Origin: Mobula hypostoma
Lineage: Eukaryota
DNA: 64,000 nt
Direction: 5' to 3'
NCBI RefSeq assembly: GCF_963921235.1
Contig: NC_086098.1
Span: forward strand, 3,038,001 to 3,102,000
Below the pieces are notes generated by a model. It did no database searches, was not told the origin of the DNA, and worked only from the letters and a program-made list of their open reading frames with translations. Positions within the stretch are counted from its first letter, which is position 1. Each line of letters begins with the position of its first letter. The position numbers and the translations under genes are program-made. Positions 52,390 to 64,000 of the stretch are shown here, in pieces.

Positions 52390-52616
52390 CAACAGCTCAT
52401 GCTCTGAGTGAATAATTAAAAATGCACTTGGTTTACAGAGGTTGCCATTTGCAAAAATAACACATCTGTAAGTATACAACGTAAAAACGATATTTCAAAA
52501 TGGTTTAAAAAGTGGAAGAAGGGAAAACTGAAAAGTATACTCAATGGCAACTTTATTCAGTACATCCTGCACCTAAAAAAGTCAAAGTCACAGTGAACTT
52601 GTTATGAAATGACAGA

Positions 52617-53260
52617 TACACTTAGTGGCCACTTTATTGAGTACAGGAGTGGAATCCAGTGTGGAATTCTACTGTTATAGCCCATCCATGTTGAGGTTCG
52701 ACGAGCTGTGTATTCAGAGATGTTCAAACAACCTGTGGTTATCTGAGTTACTGTCACTTTCCTGTCAGCCTGAACCAGTTTGACCTCTCTCATTAACAAG
52801 GCATTTTCATCCACACAGCTGCTACTCACTGAATGTTTTTTGTTTTCACACCATTCACTGTAAGCTCTACAGACTGCTAAACATGAAAATCCCAGGAAAT
52901 CAGCAGTTTCTGAGATACACAGATATCTTGTCTGACACCAATAATTATTCTATGGTCAAAGTCACTTGGATCACAATTCTTCCCCATTCTGATGTTTGGG
53001 CTGAACCTTCTGACCATGCCTGCTTGCTTTTATGTGTTGCGTTGCTGCCACATGATTGGCTGGTTAGATATAACCATGTAACCGTTACAGCACGGAAACA
53101 AGCCAACTCGGCCCTTGTAGACTGTGTCGAACTCTTACTCTCACCTAATCCCACCTTCCTGCACTCAGCCCATAACCCTCCATTCCTTTCCTGTCTGTAT
53201 ACCTATCCAATTTTTTTTTGCATTAATGGATCAGATGTACCTGATAAAGTGGCCACTGAG
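52617..53260 (-). mobile_element. Tc1 derivative copy with a CR1 tail fragment inside
   Basis: ta-cacttagtggccactttatt ... gataaagtggccactgag. Confidence 0.8.
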
Positions 53261-53870
53261 TTTGTAGAACGAAAATGGAGAGAGTACAGGGAATGAGTTT
53301 TCAGATCAAAACATGGTGAAAACTTATCAAAATAAGTTGGGAGTAACTGGATTTGAGCAAATTGGGCTGAAGCCCTGGCAATAACGGAGCAGATTATATT
53401 CAAACAGGATTCAGGATTAATGTTCAGTAAGACTGTTACAATCCTCCTCCTCCTAAAGTTATATGTTTGAAATCTATGTTTAAACATCTTACGGAAAGAT
53501 CTGTGTGCTTTATTAAAGTTCTTCTGTTAACCAGAGTTATTTGTCTTATACCAAATGTTATGGATGGGTTGTCAAAGAGCTGATGGAATAACAACTTGTA
53601 ATGCTCATTTGTCATCTTTATTACTGCGGTAACGAGAGAAGTTTTATCATATACAGAGTTTGGATCTCTCAATAGCAAAATGTTACGTGGAATGACTTTA
53701 TGTTGTTTAGTACGAAAATTTATTGTTGATTACCTTGATAAATGCACATTTTAATAATAGACTCAAGTATTGGAATTTCATGTTCAAGTTTAATTATCAT
53801 TCACATAAATACAGCCAAATGAAGCAGCATTCTTCCAGGCCATGGTGCGAAACACAGTAGCGACCAACAG

Positions 53871-55670
53871 CCAGAATCAGATTTATTATCACTCGTATCT
53901 GACGTGAAATTTGTTAACTTAGCAGCAGCAGCAGTTCAATGCAATACATAATCCAGCAGAGAGAGAAAAAATAACAATATAGATGAAATAAAACATAATA
54001 ATAAATAAACAAGTAAATCAATTATGCATATTGAATAGATGTAAAAAAGTGCAAAAACAGAAATACTGTATATTAAAAAAAAATGAGGTAGTGGCCAAAG
54101 ATTCAATGTCCATTAAGGAACTGGATGGCAGAGGGAAAGAAGCTGTTCCTGAATCGCTGAGTGTGTGCCTTCAGGCTTCTGTACCTCCTACCTGTTGGTA
54201 ACAGTGAGAAAAGGGCATGCCCTGGGTGCTGGAGGTCCTTAATAATGGACGCTGCCTTTCTGAGACACCGCTCTCTGAAGATGTCTTGGGTACTTTGTAG
54301 GCTAGTACCCAAGATGGAGCTGACTAGATTTACAACCCTCTGCAGCTTCTTTCGATCCTGTGCAGTAACCCCTCCATACCAGACAGTGATGCAGCCTGTC
54401 AGAATGCTCTCCATGGTACAACTACAGAAGTTTTTGAGTGTATTTGTTGACATGCCAAATCTCTTCAAACTCCTAATAAAGTATAGCGGCCATCTTGCCT
54501 TCTTTATAGATGCATCAATATGTTGGGACCTGGTTAGATCCTCAGAGATCTTGACATCCAGGAACTTGAAGCTGCTCACTCTCTCCACTTCTGATCCCTC
54601 TATGAGGATTGGTATGTGTTCCTTCGTCTTATCCTTCCTGAAGTCCACAATTAGCTCTTTCATCTTACAGACATTAAGTTCCAGATTGTTGCTGCAGCAC
54701 CATTCCACTGGTTGGCATATCTCTCTCCTGTATGCTCTCTCGTCACCACCTGAGATTCTACCAAGAATGGTTGTATCATCAGCAAATTTATAGATGGTAT
54801 TTGAGCTATGCCTAACCACATAGACATGTGTATACAGACAGTAGGGCAGTGGGCTAAGCACACACCCCTGAGGTTAGCCAGCGAGGAGGAGATGTTATCA
54901 CCAATCCGCACAGACTGTGGTCTTTCGGTTAGGAAGTCTAGTATCCAATTGCAGAGGGAGGTACAGAGGCCCCGGTTCTGCAACTTCTCAATCAGAATTG
55001 TGGGAATGATGGTATTAAATGCTGAGCTGTAGTCGATGAACAGCATCCTGACATAGGTGTTTGTGTTGTCCAGGAGGTCTAAAGCCGTGTGAAGAGCCAT
55101 TGAGATTGTGTCTGCCGTTGACCTTTTGTGGTGATAGGCAAGTTGTAATGTGTCCAGGTCCTTGCTGAGGCAGGAGTTCAGTCTAGTCACGACCAACCTC
55201 TCAAAGCATTTCATCACTGCCGATGTGAGTGCTACCGAGCGATAGTCATTTAGACAGCCCACATTATTCTTCTTAGGCACTGGTATAATTGTTGCCTTTT
55301 TGAAGCAAGTGGGAACTTCCGCACATAGCAGTGAGAGGTTGAAAATGTTCTTTAATACTCCTGCTAGTTTGTTGGTACAGGTTTTCAGAGCCTTACCAGG
55401 TACTCCTTCGGGACTTCCTGCCTTGCGAGGGTTCACTCTCTTTAACATCGGCCTCTGAGACAGAGATCACAGGGTCATCAGGTGCAGCAGGGATCTTCAC
55501 AGCTGTAGTTGTGTTCTCCATTTCAAAGCAGGCATAGGAGGTGTTGAGTTCATCTGGTAGATTCATGCTATTGGGTTTCGCCTTGTGGGAAGTGTATCTG
55601 ATGTCACCTCCAACCTCGTTCGAACTTGTTTCTTCATCCTTGAAATAGCCCTCCACAAATCATACTTGGA
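53871..55670 (-). mobile_element. Rex1/Babar LINE, 5'-truncated, RT frameshifted (ORFs 54660-55448 and 54103-54861)
   Basis: [41 protein letters not shown] and ESILTGCITVWYG motifs. Confidence 0.95.
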
Positions 55671-56225
55671 AATCTGCAAGTCACACACTGCACATAGAAT
55701 TACCATGGCAGAAAAACATAGAGTCACAAAGTAATATCCCCCAAGTCCCTGAGTGTCATAGTGGATGGGATGTTTTCCTGGAGCCATGTTTCTGCAAGAA
55801 CAAACACTCATCACACACTAGTGCCGCCATAGACAAACGTAATGCAGTGAAAAGGGATTACTAAAGTGCAAATGGTAAAAGAAACAATCTAATGAATTTC
55901 AGGTTGGTGTCCGGTGTGAGTGGTACGTCAAAATAAATAGCCCAACAAAAAGCTTCAAGATTCAAGATTGTTTAATGTCATCTCCAGCACACAAGTGTAA
56001 AGGAAAATAAAATAATTGTTACTGCAGCGCCAATTTAGGACAAAAATTACACAAAGGTAAAAAAAATGATAATCAAGTGCGGGGAAAACTACTGGAGAAA
56101 TTGCAGGGTAAGTAATGGTGGTTGAGGGTGTGGGGGGAGGGTTAGAAGGTGGAGATGTTGATCAGCCTTACTGCTTGGGAAAAGGGACTGTTTTGAGTCT
56201 GGTGGTCCTGGTGTGGATGTCCCTT

Positions 56226-58822
56226 TTTGACACTTGTCAGGTACGGCGATGATGTCATCAGTCTGGGACGGAACAACACGTGATGTGAGGGGGCATGGAA
56301 GCAAGAATGAGAAATAGAAACACATTCAGAGGATGAAGTGTCAAGTCCTGATATATACACTATCTAATTCAGTACCAAGACAGTTTAGTACAACATTGGC
56401 AACGGGGATACGGACCTTGAAAGTAAATTTAACGTTAGTTGCTGAGAATGGAGAAATCCGGGATCCAACACTTCCAATTTCACTCTTCTAGATAACACAA
56501 CAAGTCCTGTTGCCTTGATTTAAAATTGCTTGAAACACTTCCGATGTTTTACGGAGCAGCTACGCTAGGTCTGGGATGAATACGGTGGCTCAACTCATGT
56601 GAACTTTATGCCGACTGTAAAGGACTGATCGTGGACTGAAACGCAACGTACAGTATCATACAAAACAAAGAAGAACACTACTTTTGCACCTTGCAGGACC
56701 TGATGTGCAGGATGTATTCTCGACACTGACAAACACCACGCGGCAGCGGTGGATGTGCTGACTGCTTACCCATTCCCCAGGTTAACACTGTGTTGGCCCG
56801 GCAGCATTTTCATCAATTTGCCTAAAAACAAGGTGAGACGGTTCAGCAGTTCTCTTCTCGCCTTTGGCAGGCAGCAAAACACTGCTAGTTTCTAATTGAT
56901 AACAGACAACCAACTCAGGGATGCCATAGTGGGAAAATGTAACCCAGTCTATGTGCGGGGAAAACTACTGGAGAAATTGCAGGGTCTAACGCTTGCCCGC
57001 ACACTGGAAATAGCAGCACAATGTGAAAAGTAGAGGAACAATTGTCAGCCATGTCACTCCAAAAGAGCCAGCCGGAGACTGTGCACCGTGTTTCACACCG
57101 TGAGGACACAACACGTGAGAAAAAGACGGAGGGAAAAGAGAAGTCCACTAATACAAATGAAAGGAAATGCTGAAGATATGGAAACTCTGATCACCTGGGT
57201 GGAGACCTAACATGCCCAGCTCATGGACAGACATGCAGAAAATGCACTGGAAAGGACCACTTAGCAAAAAATGTGCCAGATAAAAGGATTAAAGACACAA
57301 ATAGTGAACAATGTTGAGAATAAACAGAAGGAATTTGCATTTGTTGTTAATCAGAGTCATTTATAAAAAAATGTCTTTTGGTGTAGGGGGTTTAAATCCG
57401 TGCATGTTGTTAGATTCAGGAGCCTGAAGTAATACACTGGGTGAAAATCATGGGAAACACTGAAGTCAGGGAAGGTAAAGAGCCATTCATACAGCTCCAA
57501 GCAGAAGAGAAAGCTGTTCCCATATTCATCCAGCACATCACTGGAGGTTAACAAGGGTGTTTGAATGTGAATGCTACAGCAGCAGATTCATACCACAGTC
57601 TGCAACTTTCTCAGAACGACTGAGACAATTGACCAAGTTCAGAGAAGAACAGAAACAAGTATTCAAAACCCTAAAAGAGTAGCTAGCAGGAACAGGTACA
57701 TTGGCCTATTTTGATAAAGATGCACCAACTAAGGTAATAGCAGATGCCAGCCCAGTCGGACTAGGGCAGTACTCACACAAAAACAAAACAAAGAGATGGT
57801 ACCTGTCTGCTATGTGAGCTGTAGTCTCACAGACTGTGAATGGAAACACTCACAGAGCAAGAAGCCTTAGCACTACAGTGAGCTTGTGAAAGACTACATC
57901 CTTATTTGTATGGGAGAAAATTTGACCTGATCACTGATCACGAACCTTTGGAGATGAATTACTGCCCAAGATCTAAACCATGCACACACATAGAGTGGTG
58001 GGTCTTGATATTGCCACCATATGACTACAGAGTGGGGAGGCAGAACAAATAGGAATGTGCAAGCTGTACGCAGACAATCACAGAGGAGCACACGAGTCTA
58101 CTGTAAAAGTTGGGAACGCTGTGCTTATGCAGTGAGATAAGTGGACAAATTCAGCCCACCTCTCAACACAACACCACACAGGGTGGTGAGGAAAACAGGA
58201 AATCAAATGTAGTGTAGTATTCAAGGAACACCACACACGTTAAACAGTTCAACACAAGAGCGACTTTTGACAAACAGGAGGAAACTGAAGGATTTGACGG
58301 TGAGGTACCGGGCAGGGGGACAATATGATGGACAGTTACAAACCCATAGGGAGACTCAAATGGTTTGAAAACAACCTCTGAACTTTAACAATTTTGTGTG
58401 TGCTCCTAGAGCTTTAAATTGTGTGTTTTAAAACGGTGAAAACTGTTGTAAGTTGAAATGACGTTTTCAATGGCAGAGTTATCAATATGTTGAAACAGAA
58501 AATGTGTTGGTAATAGTCGTGCATGTCAGAGAATATGTGTTAAATTGAAATGGTTAAATCTGTGAGTTGAATGTGTTCTAAAACAGTGAAATTTCTCAGG
58601 AAAGGAGGGATGTCATGTACTGAAATGGTAAGGTCAGTTAAGTAGTTTGACACTTGTCAGGTATGATGATGATGCCATCAGTCTGGGACGGAACAACACG
58701 TGATCTGAGGGGGCATGGAGGCGACAATAAGAAATCATGACACATTCAAAGCATGAAGTGTCGAGTCCTGATATATACACACTGTCTGATTAAGTACTAA
58801 GATTGGTTTCAAATATGCAACA
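56226..58822 (+). mobile_element. Decayed, internally deleted Gypsy-type LTR retrotransposon
   Basis: LTRs at 56226-56395 (5'-clipped) and 58611-58822 (TG..CA); PBS-like tggcaacgggg; PPT aggaaaggaggga; gag LAGPDVQDVF, CPAHGQTCRKC..KDH knuckle; RNase H ADASPVGLG and LITDHEPL. Confidence 0.9.
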
Positions 58823-60284
58823 GTAGGATTCTGTGGAATGAACATGGTTGGGAACCTCTGTCTTTCAAGAACCACTTCACTCACTGACTGAGGTGCAATC
58901 AAGCTTGTGGCAAAGTTGTTTCTACTGGTGCCCAGATTCTCTTGAAATACTACAGTGTCAGGAAGTAGTTCTATAATGTACTCACAATGACACAATCATT
59001 TAAATTATGAGGAGGAATTTATTTTATTTTATATAGGGATATGGCATGGAACTGGCCCTCCTGACTTCACGAGCCACATTGCAAGTAACCCACCAATTCA
59101 ACCCTCGCCTTAGTCATGGGACGACTTACAATGACAAATTAATCTACTAATTGGTAGATCTTTGGAATGTGGGAGGGAACCAGAGCACCTGGAAGAAACA
59201 ACCACACCTGCTGACTTGAGGACGTACAAAGTCCTTTCAGATGCTGGCGGAAATGGACTCTGAAATAGAAGCATTGTGTTAACCACTGCTCTACTGTGAC
59301 ACCCCCTTTAGCCAGAGGGTGATGAATCAGTGGAATTCATGGCCACAAATGGCTGTTGGCGTCAAATCATTGGGTAAAAGTGGAAGTTGATAGGATCTTG
59401 ATTAGCCAGAGTGTCAAAGGTTACGGGGAGGATGGGGTTGAGAGAGAAAATAATTTAGCCATGATGGAATGATGGAGAAAACTCAATGGGCCAAGTGGTC
59501 TAATTGTGGTCCTATGTCTATGGTCTAATTCATACAATAATCATTGAAAGAACAATATATAGTTTCATTTTAAACAAAAACTACATTTTGGGGACTTCAA
59601 ACGCTGAAATTCTGGTTCAAATATGACCACAATAACTTCTGCCTTCTATAAATTGAAACAATGTGATAAAGGAGCTTGTTTCAAATAAGCTGCTTACAAT
59701 ATTTTATTTTCTATTGGTTATTCTATCGCTGGCAACTAAACTGAAAAGGATTGTCCTGTATATCTGAAACAATATTGAAAAGAAGCTAATACATTCAGAA
59801 AGAGCAGTAAGCCATGAAACCCTTTTCAAGAGCTCTGCCTTTTTATGCAATACCTGCTCAGTTTTAGCTGCATGACAATAGCTGATTTCTACACAGTTTG
59901 ATTGTGTTCTGTGCATCTTTGTAGCAGATCAATCAGGTGTACTATCAAAATGCAACACGATCGTGGTTCGGTGAAAGTGAGGACGAAGATATCATACCCT
60001 TGAAGAATGACAATACAAATCATCATTCTTTTGGTGTTTCAGATAAGCTGTTTGATGATTGCATTCTCTTCCATTCAGCTCTTCACAATTACCATCTCCC
60101 CTGAAATTCCAGATTTCCTCAGTTAGTAAATTTCCCTGTTTTTCACTTTATCCTCTTTCATGTCAAGCACTTCAGCCTTTCAATTTTAACTCTCTGAAAC
60201 CCGATCACACCCAAATTATAATATAAAAAAGTGAATTAAAAATGGTAAACACTGATAACCTGCCACTCTCCGTCACATTCCAGA

Positions 60285-60712
60285 CAAAACCTTCCCCATC
60301 ACTGAGCACATCTACAAGGAATGCTACCACAAAAAAGCAGCATCTATCATTATGGACTCTCACCACCGCCCACCCCAGGCCATGCTCTCTTCTCGCGATT
60401 ACCATCGGGACGGAGGTACAGGAGCCTAAGGTCTCACACCAGCAGGTTCAGAAACAGTTCTCACTGTGCAAACATCAGGTTTCTAAAAGGTCGTGGATAA
60501 CTTCACTCGCCCCAACACTGGGCAATCTATGAACTCACTTTCAAAAACTCTGTAAGTTATGTTCTTCTCAGTATTATTTAGTTATCTGTTTTTTTTTAAT
60601 TGCACAGTTTATCTTCATTTACACATTGGTTGTCAGTCTTTGTGTGCAGTTTTTCATTGATTCTGTTGTGTTTTTTGTTGTACTGTGAATGCCTGAAAGA
60701 AAATGAATCTTA
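60285..60712 (+). mobile_element. Rex1/Babar 3' fragment
   Basis: HPGHALFS.LPSGRRYRSLRSHT motif. Confidence 0.8.
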
Positions 60713-60734
60713 AAAAAAAAATCTATCTGTTAAG

Positions 60735-61200
60735 ATAAGAACATAAAATATAGGAGCAGAAAGACCATTTGGCCCATTGAGTCTCTCTCCATCATTCCAT
60801 CATGACTGATTAATTATCCCCCTCAATCCCAATCTCCTGCCTTTCCCCCATAATCTTTGATGCCCTGGTTAATCAAAAACTATCAACCTCTGGTTTAAAT
60901 ATACTCAATGACTTGGCTGCACAATCATCTGTGGCAATGAATTCCCCAGATTCACCACCACTGGCAAAAGAAATTCCTCCTCTAAATGGATGTCGCTCAA
61001 TTCTGAGGTTTGCTCTCCCATCTTGGACTCCCCCACTATAGGAAACATCCTCTTCTCATCCACTCTATCTAGGTCTTTCAACATTTGATAGGTTTCAATA
61101 AGATCCCTCCCCTTCAGTGAGAACAGGCCCAGAGCAATCAAACATTCCTCATATGTTAACTTACATACATGGGATCATTCTTCTGAATCTCCTCTGGACC
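60735..61200 (-). mobile_element. CR1 3' fragment
   Basis: DLIETYQMLKDLDRVD; CR1 terminus. Confidence 0.85.
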
Positions 61201-61204
61201 TTTG

Positions 61205-64000
61205 GACAGTGTGATCGCAGCAGGAGGAGGAAAGAGGGGCTCGGGAGAGAGATGAGTGCTGGGAAGCAGCTGAGGAGCTGAGGTGAGTGTGCTTTAAAAA
61301 GTGTGGAGGGCTAAACAGAGTGTTGATTAGTTGATTAGAGGGAGTGAGTACTGGAGATAATTGGCAGGGACAAATAAAAGGAGGGGTAACTGAAGAGGAG
61401 CGGCCAGTGTGTGAGTGGCTCAGGGTTGGAGTGGAGCTTTGAGATTTTGGCTCGAGAGGCTTCAGCGGGCAGAGGCTGAGGATGAGCCTGCTCCCAGTGA
61501 GGTCAGGCCGGGTGAGTTCCTTTAATTAATTTAATTAACTTAGGAGTAGGTAATGGAGACAGCAGTTAGGGCAGTCGAGTGCTCCATTTGCAGTATGTGG
61601 AAAGTCAGGGCGAGCACAATTGTCACTGATGACTACACCTGAAAAAGATGCATCCAGCTGCAGCTCCTGACAAACTGAGTTAGGGAACTGGAGCTGGAGC
61701 TGGATGAACTTCGGATCATTCGGGAGGCAGAGGCAGAAATAGACAGGAGTTACAGGGAATAGGCAGCCCTAAAAGTGAGGAGACAGGTAGCTGGGTGACT
61801 GTCAGAAAGGGAAAGGGGAATATAGACAGAATGAGCAGAGCACCCCTGTGGCCATTCCCATCAATAATAAGTATATCGTTTTGGATACTGTTGGTGGGGA
61901 CGACCTACCAGGGACAAGTTGCACCGAGACTGGACCCTCAGCTCAGAAAGGAAGGAGGGAAAAGAGGAGAGCAGTAGTGATAGGGGATTCGATAGTTAGG
62001 GGGACAGATAAGAGGTTCTGTGGGAGAGATCAAGAATCCCGGATGGTCTGTTGCCTCCCTGGTGCCAGGATCCACGATATCTCGGATCAAATCCTCGGTA
62101 TTCTCAGGAGGGAGGGTGAGCAGCCAGACGTCGTGGTCCATGTAGGGACCAATGACGTGTATAGGAAGGAGGAGGAAGTCCTGCAAAGAGAGTTTAGGGA
62201 GTTAGGTGCAAAGTTGAAGGACAGGACCGCTAGGGTTGCAATCTCAGGATTGCTACCCATGCCACGTGTTAGTGAGGCCAGAAATAGGAAGATAATGCAG
62301 CTAAATACGTGGCTAAGGAGTTGGTGCAGGAGGGAGGGCTTCATGTTTCTGAACAATTGGGCTTTGTTCCGGGAAGGTGGAACTTGTTCCAATGGGATGG
62401 TTTGCACCTGAACTGGAGGGGGACAAACATCCTTGCAGGTAGATTTGTTAATGCTGCTCTGGGGGGAGGGGGGTGGCATTTAAACTAGATTTGCAGGGGG
62501 AGAGGAACCAGAGTGTTAGAGCAGATAGTGAAGTGGAGGAGGATAAAGGTCATGCGAGGACTGCATGTATAGACAGAAATCAAAGGTTTGTACGTGATAG
62601 AAATGTTCTCCGGTGCATCTACTTCAATGCAAGGAGTATTGTAGTTAAGGCAGATGAGTTTAGGGCATGGGATTATGACATTATTGCTATGAATGAGACT
62701 TGGTTGCAGGAGGGGCAGGACTGGCAGCTTAATGTTCCAGGGTTCCGTTGTTTCAGACGTGATAGAGTGGGAGGGATGAAAGGGGGAGGAGTGGCATTAC
62801 TAGTCAGGGAGAATATCACAGCTATGCGTAGACAGGGCAGCCCAGAGGGCATATGGGTGGAGCTGAGGAATGGGAAAGGTGTGACCACACTAATAGGGTT
62901 GTATTATAGACCACCCAATAGTCAGAGAGAATTGGAGGAGCAAATCTGTAGAGAGATAGCAGACCGATGTAAGAAACAGAAAGTTGTAATAGTAGGGGAT
63001 TTTAACTTTCCACATTGACTGGGACTGCCACACTGTGAAAGGGCTGGATGGCTTGGAGTTTGTCAAATATGTTCAGGAAAGTTTTCTAAGTCAATATATA
63101 GAGGTACCTACAAGAGAGGGTGCAATACTTGATCTCCTCTTAGGGAACCAGACAGGTCAGGTGATGGAAGTATGTGTAGGTGAACATTTTGGGTCCAGTG
63201 ACCATAATGTCATTAGTTTCAAGTTAATTATGGATAGATCTGGTCCTCGAGTTGAGGTTCTAAATTGGAGAAGGGCCAATTTTGTGGAAATGAGAAAAGA
63301 TCTAGGAAGAGTGGATTGGGATAAGTTGTTTTCTGGCAAGGATGTGTTCAGTATGTGGAAGGCCTTCAAAGGCAAAATTTTGAGAGTGCAGAGTTTGCAT
63401 GTCCCTGCCAGGATTAAAGGTAAAGTTAACAGGCATAGGGAACTTTGGTTTTCAAGGGATGCTGGCGATCTGGTTAAGAAAAAGAGAGAGGTGTATAGCA
63501 GGTGTAGGCAACAAGGAACAAATGAGGTACTTGAAGCGTATAGAAAATGAAAGAAAATACTAAAGAAGGAAATCAGGAAGGCAAAAAAAAGACATGAGGT
63601 TGCTTTGGCAGATAATGTGAAGGTAAACCCAAAGGGTTTCTACAAGTATATTAAGAGTAAAAGGATAGTAAGGGACAAAATTGGTCCCCTAAAAGATCAG
63701 AGTGGTCGTCTATGTATGGAGCCTCATGAGATGGGGGAGATCTTAAACAGTTTTTTTGCATCAATATTTAGTCAGGAAACTGGCATATTGTATATAGAAG
63801 GAAGGGAAACAAGCTTCCATATGTTTAATCTCTATATGTTCCAGTTGTCATGGAACATATAGAGATTAAAGCGGAGGAGGTGCTTGCTGCCTTACAGCGA
63901 ATAAAGGTAGATAAATCCCCCGGGCCTGACATGATATTTCCTCGGACCTTGAGAGAGACTAGTGTAGAAATTGCAAGGGCCCTGGCAGAATTATTTAAAA
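61205..64000 (+). mobile_element. CR1 LINE 5' part (ORF1 esterase plus APE), runs off the window
   Basis: ORF1 from ATG 61553 (CSIC); VIGDSIVRG, VHVGTND, YFNARS, NETWL and VGDFNFP motifs. Confidence 0.95.

Noticed and set aside
54161..54793. 210-aa plus-strand ORF and similar ones (46622-47287, 27744-28172, 29800-30597, 30640-31158)
   Set aside because: Antisense or alternate-frame shadows of TE coding sequence.

Overview
Eukaryotic, repeat-dominated intronic or intergenic DNA with no recognisable host protein-coding gene. The repeat mix suggests a cartilaginous fish, probably a ray (inference). It includes CR1 LINEs with SGNH-esterase ORF1, Rex1/Babar, L2, R4/Dong, L1, Neptune-type Penelope, tRNA-SINEs, Tc1, hAT/Buster, a piggyBac MITE and a decayed Gypsy. 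Most supplied ORFs are TE fragments or their antisense shadows. Main points: (1) Penelope ends carry a minimal type-I hammerhead ribozyme motif (CAGTC-CTGAYGA-A-GGG..CCC-GAAAC-GTC^GACTG) in several copies, including a 131-bp TSD-flanked mini-element that is only ribozyme plus tail; (2) a 3.7-kb Penelope with inverted pseudo-LTRs and a 15-bp TSD; (3) a Tc1 element very close to salmonid Sleeping Beauty but with right-end-type IR/DR at both ends; (4) a 5'-intact, 3'-truncated L1 enclosed by inverted Penelope tails; (5) the same hAT MITE at the same site in two copies of a Tc1 MITE; (6) a TE-poor, homeodomain-motif-rich block at about 1.75-3.9 kb. Family names come from motif recognition only; no searches were run.
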